Shown here: in pieces, positions 9,190 to 17,076 of the stretch
Layout: every line of letters starts with the position of its first letter
Position numbering within the stretch: the first letter of the stretch is position 1
DNA from: a virus
Lineage: Duplodnaviria > Caudoviricetes
IMG/VR virus record: IMGVR_UViG_3300037603_000044
Coordinates: 1-27,371 of that record
Direction: 5' to 3' (one strand)
Length of the DNA: 27,371 nucleotides
Notes under the pieces: model-generated
What the model was told of the DNA's origin: nothing
The model's database searches: none
What the model saw: only the letters and a program-made list of their open reading frames with translations
Made by a program: the position numbers and the translations under genes

Positions 9190-11583
9190 CTATGCCGCCT
9201 TCCGTTGTTTGGCGTCGCGTGCGGTGAGTTGGTCGTGGGTGAGTGGCCCGCGCTTGATCAGCGCATTGATCAGCCGCGCGTCCTTGATCGTGTCGTCCGG
9301 GTAGCGGCTGATCGTGGTGCAGCCGCAGTTGATGACCTCGCCCGCGGGAAGCGAGGTGTCGCGCGGGTGCTGGCAGCGGAAGCTGCCCTTCTCGCTGCTG
9401 ATGACGAACGCCTCGTCGACGTCGATCGGGTCGGCGAGGTAGACGCGCTCGGCGGAGATGTGCCCCTGCCGGCCGGTCTCCTTGCGGCTGTGCAGCCAGG
9501 ACTTCATCGGGACGCCGGCCTGGAGCCGGCCGAGGTGCTGGCCGCGCTCGACCGACGAGGCGACCTCGGTGCGGGCGATGGTCTTGGCCCGCTTGCTGGA
9601 GACGTCGAACTGGCGCTGCAGGCGTTCGGCGAGCGTGGTGGCCGACTCGCCCTGGGCCAGGCCCTCAGCGAGCTGCTCGCGGATCTCGCGGGCGAGCGTG
9701 TCGTTGATGTCGGTGATCTGGATGACGCGCTGGCGGATCGCTTCACGCGCCGGGCCGCCGTCGATGTTGAACGGGTCCGCGTCCGCGGGTGCCTTGCCCT
9801 CGGCCGCCGCCGCGTCATCCATCGACTGCTGGCCGCCCAGGCGGAACGAGGCGACGATGATCGGCCGGGCCTTGCCGCGCAGCGCCTTGTCGGCGGCGAT
9901 GAGGTCGAAGAGGACCTCCCCTATCAAGTCGCGCACCTTGCGTTGATCCAGCGAGCGGAGCTGCTCGGGCGTCATGCCCTTGAGCCGCTTGCGCAGGTTG
10001 GCGATCGTCTCGTTGCGCAGCCGGTTGTAGTGGCCGGCGACGCGCTTGCGCATCTCGCGCTGCAGCGGCAGGTGCGTGTTCCACCACTGTTGGTGCAGCT
10101 GGTCGAGCTGCGACTCGGTCAGCTCGCGGACGTGTGTCGGTGCGGTCGAACGGGCCGGCGTTTGCTTTGGCTCGGCGGGTGGGTCATCCGGCCCGTCGTC
10201 CGGATCGGCGGGGTCGGGCTCTTCGCCGGTCGGCGGCCCGAAGTCGCCCAGGTCTTCCTGGACGTCGACCAACGACATGGGCTTGTACCAGGTGTCGCCC
10301 CAGGGCTGTTCTTCGAACGGCGCGTCGGTCGAGCGGAGGATGTCGTTCAGCGGCACGCCCATCGCCAGCCACTTGTCCAGCTGATCAACGCTGGCCAGCC
10401 GCATGCGCTGGACCGGGCCGATCGACGCGGCGTCGAACCAGGCGTAGAGCATGCCGCCACCTTGGGCCGCACGCATCGCCGCGTTGCGGCGTTGCCACGA
10501 CCGGGCGCGGGTCGTGTCGAGTTCGCGGCGGCGTTCGCGGCCGCCGGCGACGCCGAGGTTGCGGCTCGCCAGGGCGTCGGTCCATTCCTCGGCGAGCCAC
10601 TCCGCGTCACCGAGGATCGAGTCCCACAGCAGCTCGTGCGCCGCGTTGGCGTGCGCGTAGTTGGAATCCTCGTAGTAGCCGATCGTCGCCGGCGGCACAT
10701 CGTAGCCGGCGCAGATGTCGGTCCGGCTCATCTTCTTGAGCTCGGTGAACTCCATCTCCGCGAAGGCGTTCTGGATGCGGTGGAAGTCCATCTCGCCCTC
10801 GGCGAACATGAGCTTGCGCCGCTTGAGCACGCCGGTGTATCGATCGTTGACCTGTTCGCGCAGGTCCTGGCGTTGCGGGTCGCTGAGGTTGGTCTTGAAG
10901 TTGAGGATGCCCGACGGGGCGACGTCGTTATCGAGCGACGAGACGTTCGCCACGTCGGCCTTGAAGTACTGCTGCACCGCGAGGTTCACCGCGTGCCGCA
11001 CGCTGAGCGGGCAGTCCAGGCCCCGCTCGTAGTCCGGGCTCACGACCGGGTGGATTTCTTCCAGCGGCAGCTCGATCCACGCCCCGGCGTTGGTGCGGTA
11101 CCACCAGCCGTCCTGGACGCCTTCGCATTGCTCGCCCGGCAGCGTCTCGCCTCTGTACCGCGGCTTGATGCGCCATGCCGGGAACGGCATGCAGTTGATC
11201 GGCTGCGCCCCGTCGGCCATGTCGCCGCCGGCGGTGGCGAACCACCAGTAGGCCGCGCCGCTGAGGTCGAGGTAGCTGCTGGTGACGTGCCAGAACTTGC
11301 GGCGCGTCAGCTTGGGATGCGGCTGCTCGGTCAGCTCGACGGCCGGCCCAGACTCGACCACGACGTCATCGCCGGTAGACAGTCGCAGCGGCATCTGCCC
11401 CAGCGCCTTCGCCCGCTTGCGGACACAGGCGTAGACAACCGAGACCTGGCGATACGGCGAGGTCGCGTCCTCCTGGTTCAGGTGATCCGGCCCGACGAAG
11501 TAGCGGTCGTACGGGTCGCTGAAACCGCGCAGCGCCTTGGCGGCAGCTCCGAGTCGAGTCAAGATGTTTGCTTTGATCTTCAT
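9190..11583 (-). CDS. HK97-type portal fused to C-terminal MuF/SPP1 gp7-like head morphogenesis domain, 797 aa
   Basis: Portal motifs VYACVRKRA..MPL, LSGAAYW, DICAGYDVPP; Pro/Asp linker; MuF motifs RAKTIARTE, KSWLH, R.GH, EVINCGCT. Confidence 0.88.
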   Translation of the reverse strand: MKIKANILTRLGAAAKALRGFSDPYDRYFVGPDHLNQEDATSPYRQVSVVYACVRKRAKALGQMPLRLSTGDDVVVESGPAVELTEQPHPKLTRRKFWHVTSSYLDLSGAAYWWFATAGGDMADGAQPINCMPFPAWRIKPRYRGETLPGEQCEGVQDGWWYRTNAGAWIELPLEEIHPVVSPDYERGLDCPLSVRHAVNLAVQQYFKADVANVSSLDNDVAPSGILNFKTNLSDPQRQDLREQVNDRYTGVLKRRKLMFAEGEMDFHRIQNAFAEMEFTELKKMSRTDICAGYDVPPATIGYYEDSNYAHANAAHELLWDSILGDAEWLAEEWTDALASRNLGVAGGRERRRELDTTRARSWQRRNAAMRAAQGGGMLYAWFDAASIGPVQRMRLASVDQLDKWLAMGVPLNDILRSTDAPFEEQPWGDTWYKPMSLVDVQEDLGDFGPPTGEEPDPADPDDGPDDPPAEPKQTPARSTAPTHVRELTESQLDQLHQQWWNTHLPLQREMRKRVAGHYNRLRNETIANLRKRLKGMTPEQLRSLDQRKVRDLIGEVLFDLIAADKALRGKARPIIVASFRLGGQQSMDDAAAAEGKAPADADPFNIDGGPAREAIRQRVIQITDINDTLAREIREQLAEGLAQGESATTLAERLQRQFDVSSKRAKTIARTEVASSVERGQHLGRLQAGVPMKSWLHSRKETGRQGHISAERVYLADPIDVDEAFVISSEKGSFRCQHPRDTSLPAGEVINCGCTTISRYPDDTIKDARLINALIKRGPLTHDQLTARDAKQRKAA

Positions 11584-11586
11584 CGT

Positions 11587-13077
11587 TTAGGCAAACCAGA
11601 CCTTGGGGATGACCGTTTGCACCGCGTGCCCCGACCGCAGCGCAAGCGCGGCGCTGTACGCGATGTCGCAGTGGCTCTCGGGCAGCAGCGGGTTCTGCGA
11701 CTCGACCAGCTTCAGCCGGGCCTTGCCATCCTCGCCGCCGGCCCGCTCGCTGCCCGCCTCCTTCTGGATCGCGTACAGGTCCGTCGCGATGAACTTCAGC
11801 GCGTTGCGCGATGCTCCGCCTTGCACGTTGCTGAAACCTCGGTATCGATAACGCGATGCGCCGCCTGGGTCATTGCCGAAGTATGGGATGGTCTGCGCGC
11901 CGTCCTTGAACGCCGTCGCCAGGCCGCTGCCCAGGTCGCTCTTGCGCTTGCCGCCGAAGTCGACGCCCTCCCAGCGGTCGGGGAACTCGGCTTCGAGCGT
12001 CTCGTTGCTGTCCATGCCCAGGCCCGTCGCGTCGCCACAGCCCACGCCCGTCGGCTTGGCCTTCATCGCCGAGCGAACGATCTCACGCTGCAGCGCGAAG
12101 TCGCAGTCGCGCATGAGCACCAGGGCCCGCAGCCGCTTCTGGTCCGGCCGGCCGTCGTTGACCCACAGCGACGAGAGGTGGCCGCGCCGCGCGACGTCCC
12201 AGCCGTTCTCCGGCCGGCCGCCGAAGTCCATCGCCGAGAAGAAGCCCGCGTCCCAGCCCGAGCCCTTGGTCACTTCCAGCAGGTCGAACGCCAGGCCCTT
12301 GCCCGCCTGCGCCGCCGCTTCGAGCTGTGCCCACTTCAAGAGCGAATCGAGCGCGCCCATGAACTTGCACTCGTACTCGCGCTGGAAGCCGACGTCGTCG
12401 CCGTAGAGCGCCTTGAAGGTGTCCAGGTCGGTCGGCTCGCCGTTCTGATCCAGCAGCTCGAAGCCTTCGGCGATCGACTGGTGGATGTCGCAGAAGTGGA
12501 CGCTGTAGGTGTCGGGCTGGCTGCACAGCTCGTAGAACTTCGTTTCCTTGCCGCGCGGCGTGCTGATCACGATGACGTGGAAGCCCCGCGTCGCCAGCGG
12601 GAAGACGACGCGCCAGTGGTCGTAGCCGCCGTTGGGAAACAGGCCGAACTCGGTGAAGATCACGTTGCCCGTCAGGCCGGCGAGCGCGTCGGGCGAGCGG
12701 CCGGGCAGCGACACGACGCGCCCGCCGTTGGGCAAGAGCAGCTCGCGCGACTTGAAGGTGAACCAGTGGTCGAAGTCTTCGTCGTACTCGTAGCGCTCGG
12801 CGTGCTCGACCTCGCGGGCCTCGCCGATCTTGTCGCGGTACCAGCCGGCCCACGCCTTGCACTTGTCGAAGGTCGCGTCGGCCTGGCGTTGGGTGAGCGA
12901 AACGATGAACCAGGACTGGCCGGTCTCCATCGCGCTGAGAACGGCCTTGGCCGCGGTGGTGAAGTCCTTGCCCTTCTGGCGGTGCCAGTTGACGACCTGG
13001 ACGCGCGCGTCGTCCATGAAGAAGCGGCGCTGCGCGGCGTCGAGGGTGATCTTGGTCGGCAGGTTCATCACCATCAC
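11587..13077 (-). CDS. terL: Terminase large subunit (Mu gp28-like)
   Basis: RQKGKD Walker A, NVIFTEF Walker B, ISTPRG motif III, FQREYEC, GWDVAR, DATGLG and HCD nuclease motifs. Confidence 0.92.
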   Translation of the reverse strand: MMVMNLPTKITLDAAQRRFFMDDARVQVVNWHRQKGKDFTTAAKAVLSAMETGQSWFIVSLTQRQADATFDKCKAWAGWYRDKIGEAREVEHAERYEYDEDFDHWFTFKSRELLLPNGGRVVSLPGRSPDALAGLTGNVIFTEFGLFPNGGYDHWRVVFPLATRGFHVIVISTPRGKETKFYELCSQPDTYSVHFCDIHQSIAEGFELLDQNGEPTDLDTFKALYGDDVGFQREYECKFMGALDSLLKWAQLEAAAQAGKGLAFDLLEVTKGSGWDAGFFSAMDFGGRPENGWDVARRGHLSSLWVNDGRPDQKRLRALVLMRDCDFALQREIVRSAMKAKPTGVGCGDATGLGMDSNETLEAEFPDRWEGVDFGGKRKSDLGSGLATAFKDGAQTIPYFGNDPGGASRYRYRGFSNVQGGASRNALKFIATDLYAIQKEAGSERAGGEDGKARLKLVESQNPLLPESHCDIAYSAALALRSGHAVQTVIPKVWFA

Positions 13078-13838
13078 GCGGCCCTCCCGCCCCCGGAAGT
13101 CCCGGGCGTTTGCGCTTCGCTGGATAGGCCGGCGAGTTCGTCGCGGATCGCGTCGAAGACCGACTGCGGGATCTGCTGGCCGCCGGCGGCGCGTTGCTCC
13201 ATGTCCTTGACGCGCGTTTGAAGCGTCTTCAACGCCTCGTCGATGTGCTGCCGTTTGAGCTCCATGTCCTGGCGGAGTTTCTCGATCTGGGCCTCGGCCT
13301 TCGCCGCGCGGTGCTCGGCCTGGCCTTGCAAGAGCAGCAGCTTCTCGCGTTCGAGCTTGCCCTTGTCGTGGGCCATCACCGCCGACAGGATCGTGTTGAG
13401 GCGCGACGTGTCGATGTCCTCGGACGACTCGGCGGTCATGACCTCCTGGGCCATGAGCTTGTGGACGCGGTTCTTAGTCAGCTCCAGCAGCGCCTCGTTC
13501 TGAAACTCGGGCTTGGTCGACAGCTCGGCGATCATGAGCTTGCTCGCCCACTCGCCGGTCACCCGCTTGAGCACCTCGCGGAAACGCAGGTCGAAGCGGT
13601 AAAAGCTCGACCGCTTGATCGTCGCGCCGCCTTCCTTCGTCGCCAGCCACTCGAACTCTTCCTGCCGGTTGACACCGGGCATGGCCAGGCGCCGGGCCAA
13701 CTCGTTGAGCACCGGGCGCGACAGCTTCATCACCGACGACGGGTAGGCGTCGATGATCAGCTGCTGCACCGCCTGCACCGCGCGGTCCTCGATCGGCGGC
13801 AGGGAGATGCTCGGTTTGTCGACGTCCGTGTCGGGCAT
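13074..13838 (-). CDS. Mu gp27-like (DUF3486-like) probable terminase small subunit
   Basis: IKRSSFYRF HTH-like motif, helical C-terminus, coupled to terL. Confidence 0.65.
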   Translation of the reverse strand: MPDTDVDKPSISLPPIEDRAVQAVQQLIIDAYPSSVMKLSRPVLNELARRLAMPGVNRQEEFEWLATKEGGATIKRSSFYRFDLRFREVLKRVTGEWASKLMIAELSTKPEFQNEALLELTKNRVHKLMAQEVMTAESSEDIDTSRLNTILSAVMAHDKGKLEREKLLLLQGQAEHRAAKAEAQIEKLRQDMELKRQHIDEALKTLQTRVKDMEQRAAGGQQIPQSVFDAIRDELAGLSSEAQTPGTSGGGRAA

Positions 13839-13865
13839 GTGTTTGCGGGGTTGCTAGTGCCGGGA

Positions 13866-14237
13866 TTACTTCCGGGGGCGCGGGTCGTCGATGAGGGGGT
13901 GCGGTTCGGCGGCGTAGCTCAAGAGCGCGGTCGCCGCGGGCGTGACGCAGACCGACCAGGTGTCGAGCCGGAACGGGTCGCCGTTGAACTCGCGGTCGTC
14001 GCGTTCCTGCATGAAGCCCGAGCCGATGAGGTCGCGCAGCAGGTCGGCGGCGTGGTCGTCGGAGTCGGGCGCGGTTTCCTGGACGATCGACGCCTGGAGC
14101 ACGTCGAGCAGGTAGCGGGCGGTGACCCAGCCGCCGACGCCGTTGCCGCGCATGGTGTTGGCCGCGCTGAGCATCGCGCGTCGGATGCGTCGGTCGCGCA
14201 GGGCGCGGCGTTTTTCGCGTTGATGGAAGTCGCTCAT
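13866..14237 (-). CDS. Mu gp26-like winged-helix protein, 123 aa
   Basis: RRAML...LRDLIGSG...VTPA, basic/Pro C-terminus; gp25-26-27-28 synteny. Confidence 0.6.
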   Translation of the reverse strand: MSDFHQREKRRALRDRRIRRAMLSAANTMRGNGVGGWVTARYLLDVLQASIVQETAPDSDDHAADLLRDLIGSGFMQERDDREFNGDPFRLDTWSVCVTPAATALLSYAAEPHPLIDDPRPRK

Positions 14238-14671
14238 GCGTCACCCCCTGACGCCTGCTCGGCCCGCACGCGGACCAGGTCCTCGCGCATCGCGGTGAGC
14301 ATCTTGTTCAGCTCTTCGACGCCGTTGCGGGTCGCGCAGTGCTGGGTGACGTAGAGCCAGAGCTTGTGGATCTCTTCGGCGTTCTTCAGCTCGGCCTCGT
14401 GGTCCTGGCTGTTGAGCCTTGCGAAGCGCTGTTCGCCCTGTTCCAGGCGTTTCTCGATGCGCCCGATCGAGTCGGCGAGCGTGCCGATCTTGGTGTCGAC
14501 CGCGGCGTCGACCTGGGCGCGGATGGTTTCTTCGCGCTGCTCGACCTTGGTCCTCAGTTCGTCGTGCTGGGCGAACTTGCGCCGCATGCCGAACATGAAC
14601 AGCCCGAGCAGGCCGTTGTAGATCATCTGCGCGGCGGCGAGGACGATCGCGATGATGAGGGTGGCGTCCAT
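14234..14671 (-). CDS. Mu gp25-like (DUF2730-like) membrane-anchored coiled-coil protein, 145 aa (start MDATLI)
   Basis: N-terminal TM then coiled coil; start corrected from track ORF 14234..15388; synteny. Confidence 0.65.
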   Translation of the reverse strand: MDATLIIAIVLAAAQMIYNGLLGLFMFGMRRKFAQHDELRTKVEQREETIRAQVDAAVDTKIGTLADSIGRIEKRLEQGEQRFARLNSQDHEAELKNAEEIHKLWLYVTQHCATRNGVEELNKMLTAMREDLVRVRAEQASGGDA

Positions 14672-14710
14672 GCGTGGCTCTTCGGGGTGCGGGTCGGGGT
14701 CGTCAACGAT

Positions 14711-14750
14711 GAAAAGCGCCCGGTACGCGGCGTCCCGCGTCCGGGCTTTC
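14711..14750 (-). terminator. Possible terminator hairpin after lipoprotein gene
   Basis: gcccgg-acgcgg/ccgcgt-a-ccgggc stem followed by gcTTTTc on minus strand. Confidence 0.45.
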
Positions 14751-14760
14751 TCAAGGGGGT

Positions 14761-15423
14761 TTAGCGTTGTTCGGCGATCGGCTTGAGCGGCACGGCGGTC
14801 AGCGTCGGCCCGACCTTCTCGCGGGCCCGTTCGACCAGCGTGAGCGCCTCGGGGTTCTCGCCCATGCGCGACCGCAGCGACGCCTTGGTCGCCTTGTCCT
14901 CGAAGTCGATCTTGCCGCCGTTCGCCGCCTTCTCGTGTTCGATCGCTTTGACCACCGTTTCGGCCGCTCGTCGCGTTCTCACGGCTTTCAGCCAGCGGTT
15001 GCCCGCCAGCAGCAGCGAGCCGCCCGCGGCGATGTACGCCCCCCACGGCGGCGGCACGACGCCGCCAGCGGTCTGCAGCGCCACGGCGACCGCGTCGACC
15101 CCGTCGGCGTCCTCGCCCAGCGTGTCCAGACGAGCCGACAGGTCGGTGATCACGCCGTCGACGCGGGCCTTCTCGGTGGTCGCGGTCTCGACGATTTTCA
15201 GGAGCTCGTCGCGCTGCTCGCCTTCGGGCAGCGCGTCGGCCTGGGCCTTGGCGTCGTCGATCACCTGGTCGAGCTGCTGGCTGGCGAATTGCGCGTCGTC
15301 CAGGGCGGCCCGGATGTCCGAGACGCCCGTCGAGTCGCAGCCGGCCGGCAGCAGGAAAATCGCGCAGAGCAGCGCGGCGAATACGCATCGCATGAGTCGG
15401 GTTTTGGGTCGTGTGCCTGGCAT
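14761..15423 (-). CDS. Lipoprotein with coiled coil and internal hydrophobic segment (possible lysis/spanin-like), 220 aa
   Basis: Signal peptide with lipobox LPAG|C; AAGGAAAGGA RBS; at the lysis-cassette position of Mu-like phages. Confidence 0.65.
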   Translation of the reverse strand: MPGTRPKTRLMRCVFAALLCAIFLLPAGCDSTGVSDIRAALDDAQFASQQLDQVIDDAKAQADALPEGEQRDELLKIVETATTEKARVDGVITDLSARLDTLGEDADGVDAVAVALQTAGGVVPPPWGAYIAAGGSLLLAGNRWLKAVRTRRAAETVVKAIEHEKAANGGKIDFEDKATKASLRSRMGENPEALTLVERAREKVGPTLTAVPLKPIAEQR

Positions 15424-15507
15424 GGTTCCGAGTCCTTTCCTTGGCCGTTTAGCGTCGGGCCGCGAGGCCCGGGTGGGTTTGTGAGCCGGGGCCTTCCGGC
15501 CCGCGCG

Positions 15508-15735
15508 TTAAACGTTTTTGATCGGGGCCAGCCACGCCCGCGAGACGTCGATGCAGTGGTCGTATTCGTCCGTGGGCCGTTCAACGCGCGCGACCTTGGC
15601 GGTGCGGGTTTCAATCAACAGCACCATCACGGTCTCGACTGAGCCGTCGGGCCAGTGCAGATCGACGTAGTCGCCGGGCTCAAGCCGCAGCAGCGCCTTG
15701 GTCGCGGGTTTGAGGGATTCGCTCTTGATGCTCAT
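15508..15735 (-). CDS. Hypothetical protein, 75 aa (small beta-barrel-like)
   Basis: GGAGG RBS, ATGA coupling. Confidence 0.7.
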   Translation of the reverse strand: MSIKSESLKPATKALLRLEPGDYVDLHWPDGSVETVMVLLIETRTAKVARVERPTDEYDHCIDVSRAWLAPIKNV

Positions 15736-15938
15736 GACCGGTGCCTCCGTGTTCGCCCAGACAGCCGACGGCCACGTCGCATCTTCGACTTCGTACCCGG
15801 CCGTGCGTTCGCTCGTTTCCGCGGCGTGGGCTCGACCATGCGCGTAGGCAGCTTCTCGTCGCAGCGCTCGATCACGAGCGTCGACGTCGCGGCGGCCATC
15901 GCCAGCAGGGACAGGGAGGGTCGGATTCCCTTGTTCAC
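15732..15938 (-). CDS. Small basic hypothetical protein, 68 aa (start GTG, MNKGIR)
   Basis: GAGGGGG RBS; GTGA and ATGA overlaps with both neighbours. Confidence 0.55.
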   Translation of the reverse strand: MNKGIRPSLSLLAMAAATSTLVIERCDEKLPTRMVEPTPRKRANARPGTKSKMRRGRRLSGRTRRHRS

Positions 15939-16372
15939 GCTAGTACCCCCTCGCCGCCGATCACGGTGGCGTCCAGCGCCGCCGCGCCCGCTTCCTGCGC
16001 CGCCTGCAGCGCGCTGGCGACGCGTGTGCTGCCGACCGGCGCGGGCTCGCCTGTGGGCGTTGCGGTTTCGTGCTGGTCGCGCAGCCGGACGCGGTTGATG
16101 CGCACCGACCGCGGGACGTTGAAGAACAGCTTCGCGCCGCGTTTGGTTCGCTTGTCCAGTTCGACGCGTGCCGGGCCGTCGAAGTAGCCGTCGAGGTGGA
16201 TCGAGTCGGCCACGTCGAGCCAGGCGGTGATGCCGTTTCCGTCGCGGTCGCGGACGACCAGGCGTGCCCCAAGGTCGCGCGTCTGGTCGAGCGTGATCGT
16301 GACGCACTCGCTGTCGCCGGTCAGGCTGACGAGGTCGATGCGGTCGCCGATATCCAGGCCGAGCTTGAGCAT
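15935..16372 (-). CDS. CsrA/RsmA-like protein with apparent tandem duplication, 145 aa (start MLKLGL)
   Basis: MLKLGLDIGDRIDL resembles CsrA N-terminus; ARVELDKRTKRGAKLFFNVPRSVRINR resembles CsrA C-terminal half; AAGGA RBS. Confidence 0.55.
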   Translation of the reverse strand: MLKLGLDIGDRIDLVSLTGDSECVTITLDQTRDLGARLVVRDRDGNGITAWLDVADSIHLDGYFDGPARVELDKRTKRGAKLFFNVPRSVRINRVRLRDQHETATPTGEPAPVGSTRVASALQAAQEAGAAALDATVIGGEGVLA

Positions 16373-16410
16373 CCCTGCGGTCCTTGCCCGCCCGGCAGCC
16401 GTGCCGTGGC

Positions 16411-16469
16411 GGAAAAACAAAGGCCGAAACCATCGCGCGAAGTAAGCCCTGGTGCGATGGCTTCGGCCT
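16411..16469 (-). terminator. Intrinsic terminator/attenuator in late-operon leader
   Basis: 16-bp stem (one G-U pair that forms only on minus-strand RNA) running into TTTGTTTTT. Confidence 0.8.
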
Positions 16470-16548
16470 CGGTGGCCGTTTGGGATTTCTACGAAGGGTT
16501 CACCCCTCGACAAGCTCGGGGTGGCCGGGTGATGAAGCCGGTCTTTAC

Positions 16549-16577
16549 AGCGTGCCCTATCGGGCGATGCTTGTCAA
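16549..16577 (-). promoter_or_regulatory. Putative sigma70 late promoter
   Basis: TTGACA (16577-16572), 17 bp, CACGCT (16554-16549); A-tracts upstream. Confidence 0.6.
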
Positions 16578-16609
16578 GGGGTTAAGTTTTTTACGCGGGC
16601 GGAGCCTTT

Positions 16610-17074
16610 TTATGTGGCATATTTCGCGTCCCCAGGGCTGTTGAGCAACTGCTCCCCTACTTGGTTGATCGATGAACGCGCTGAAAGCAGATTGTCGTTC
16701 AGCAGGTTACTTCTCGTTTTATGGAAAGAGTTTCCAAACGACTCGGTTACCTTCTCAATGCTCATCTTCAGTTCAACGAAGCCTTCATCGACCATATGCT
16801 CTGGGAGTTCGATCGCATGGATTCGGTGGCTGTTCTTGCCATATTCGACGAGTACGCCGTCCTGTAGTTCTTGTTTGGCAACACGCTCCTGGTCGATGTA
16901 GCGGAACTCAATTCTGAAGCCTTTACCCTCTCGAACTACAAGCGCTCGCACTGCGATCGGCATTGCGTGAGGCGACATCATCATCCGGATCTGCGTACCA
17001 CCGCCGGGCTTTTTCTCTACCTTCGGAGTAACGTCGCGGAAAGACTTGTTGTCGATGCGAATCCAATCTTTCAT
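16610..17074 (-). CDS. Moron gene 2: hypothetical with DUF2283-like segment, 154 aa
   Basis: FRIEFRYI...QELQDGVLVEYGKNSHRIHAIEL resembles DUF2283; AT-richer; starts 2 bp after upstream stop. Confidence 0.7.
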   Translation of the reverse strand: MKDWIRIDNKSFRDVTPKVEKKPGGGTQIRMMMSPHAMPIAVRALVVREGKGFRIEFRYIDQERVAKQELQDGVLVEYGKNSHRIHAIELPEHMVDEGFVELKMSIEKVTESFGNSFHKTRSNLLNDNLLSARSSINQVGEQLLNSPGDAKYAT

Positions 17075-17076
17075 GG

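Noticed and set aside
9172-13221. 1349-aa plus-strand ORF
   Set aside because: Antisense shadow of portal and terminase genes in high-GC DNA; no motifs, Arg/Val/Ala-rich
6208-14746. Shared GAC in loops of late-operon hairpins as boxB-like signal
   Set aside because: Too short and variable to distinguish from chance
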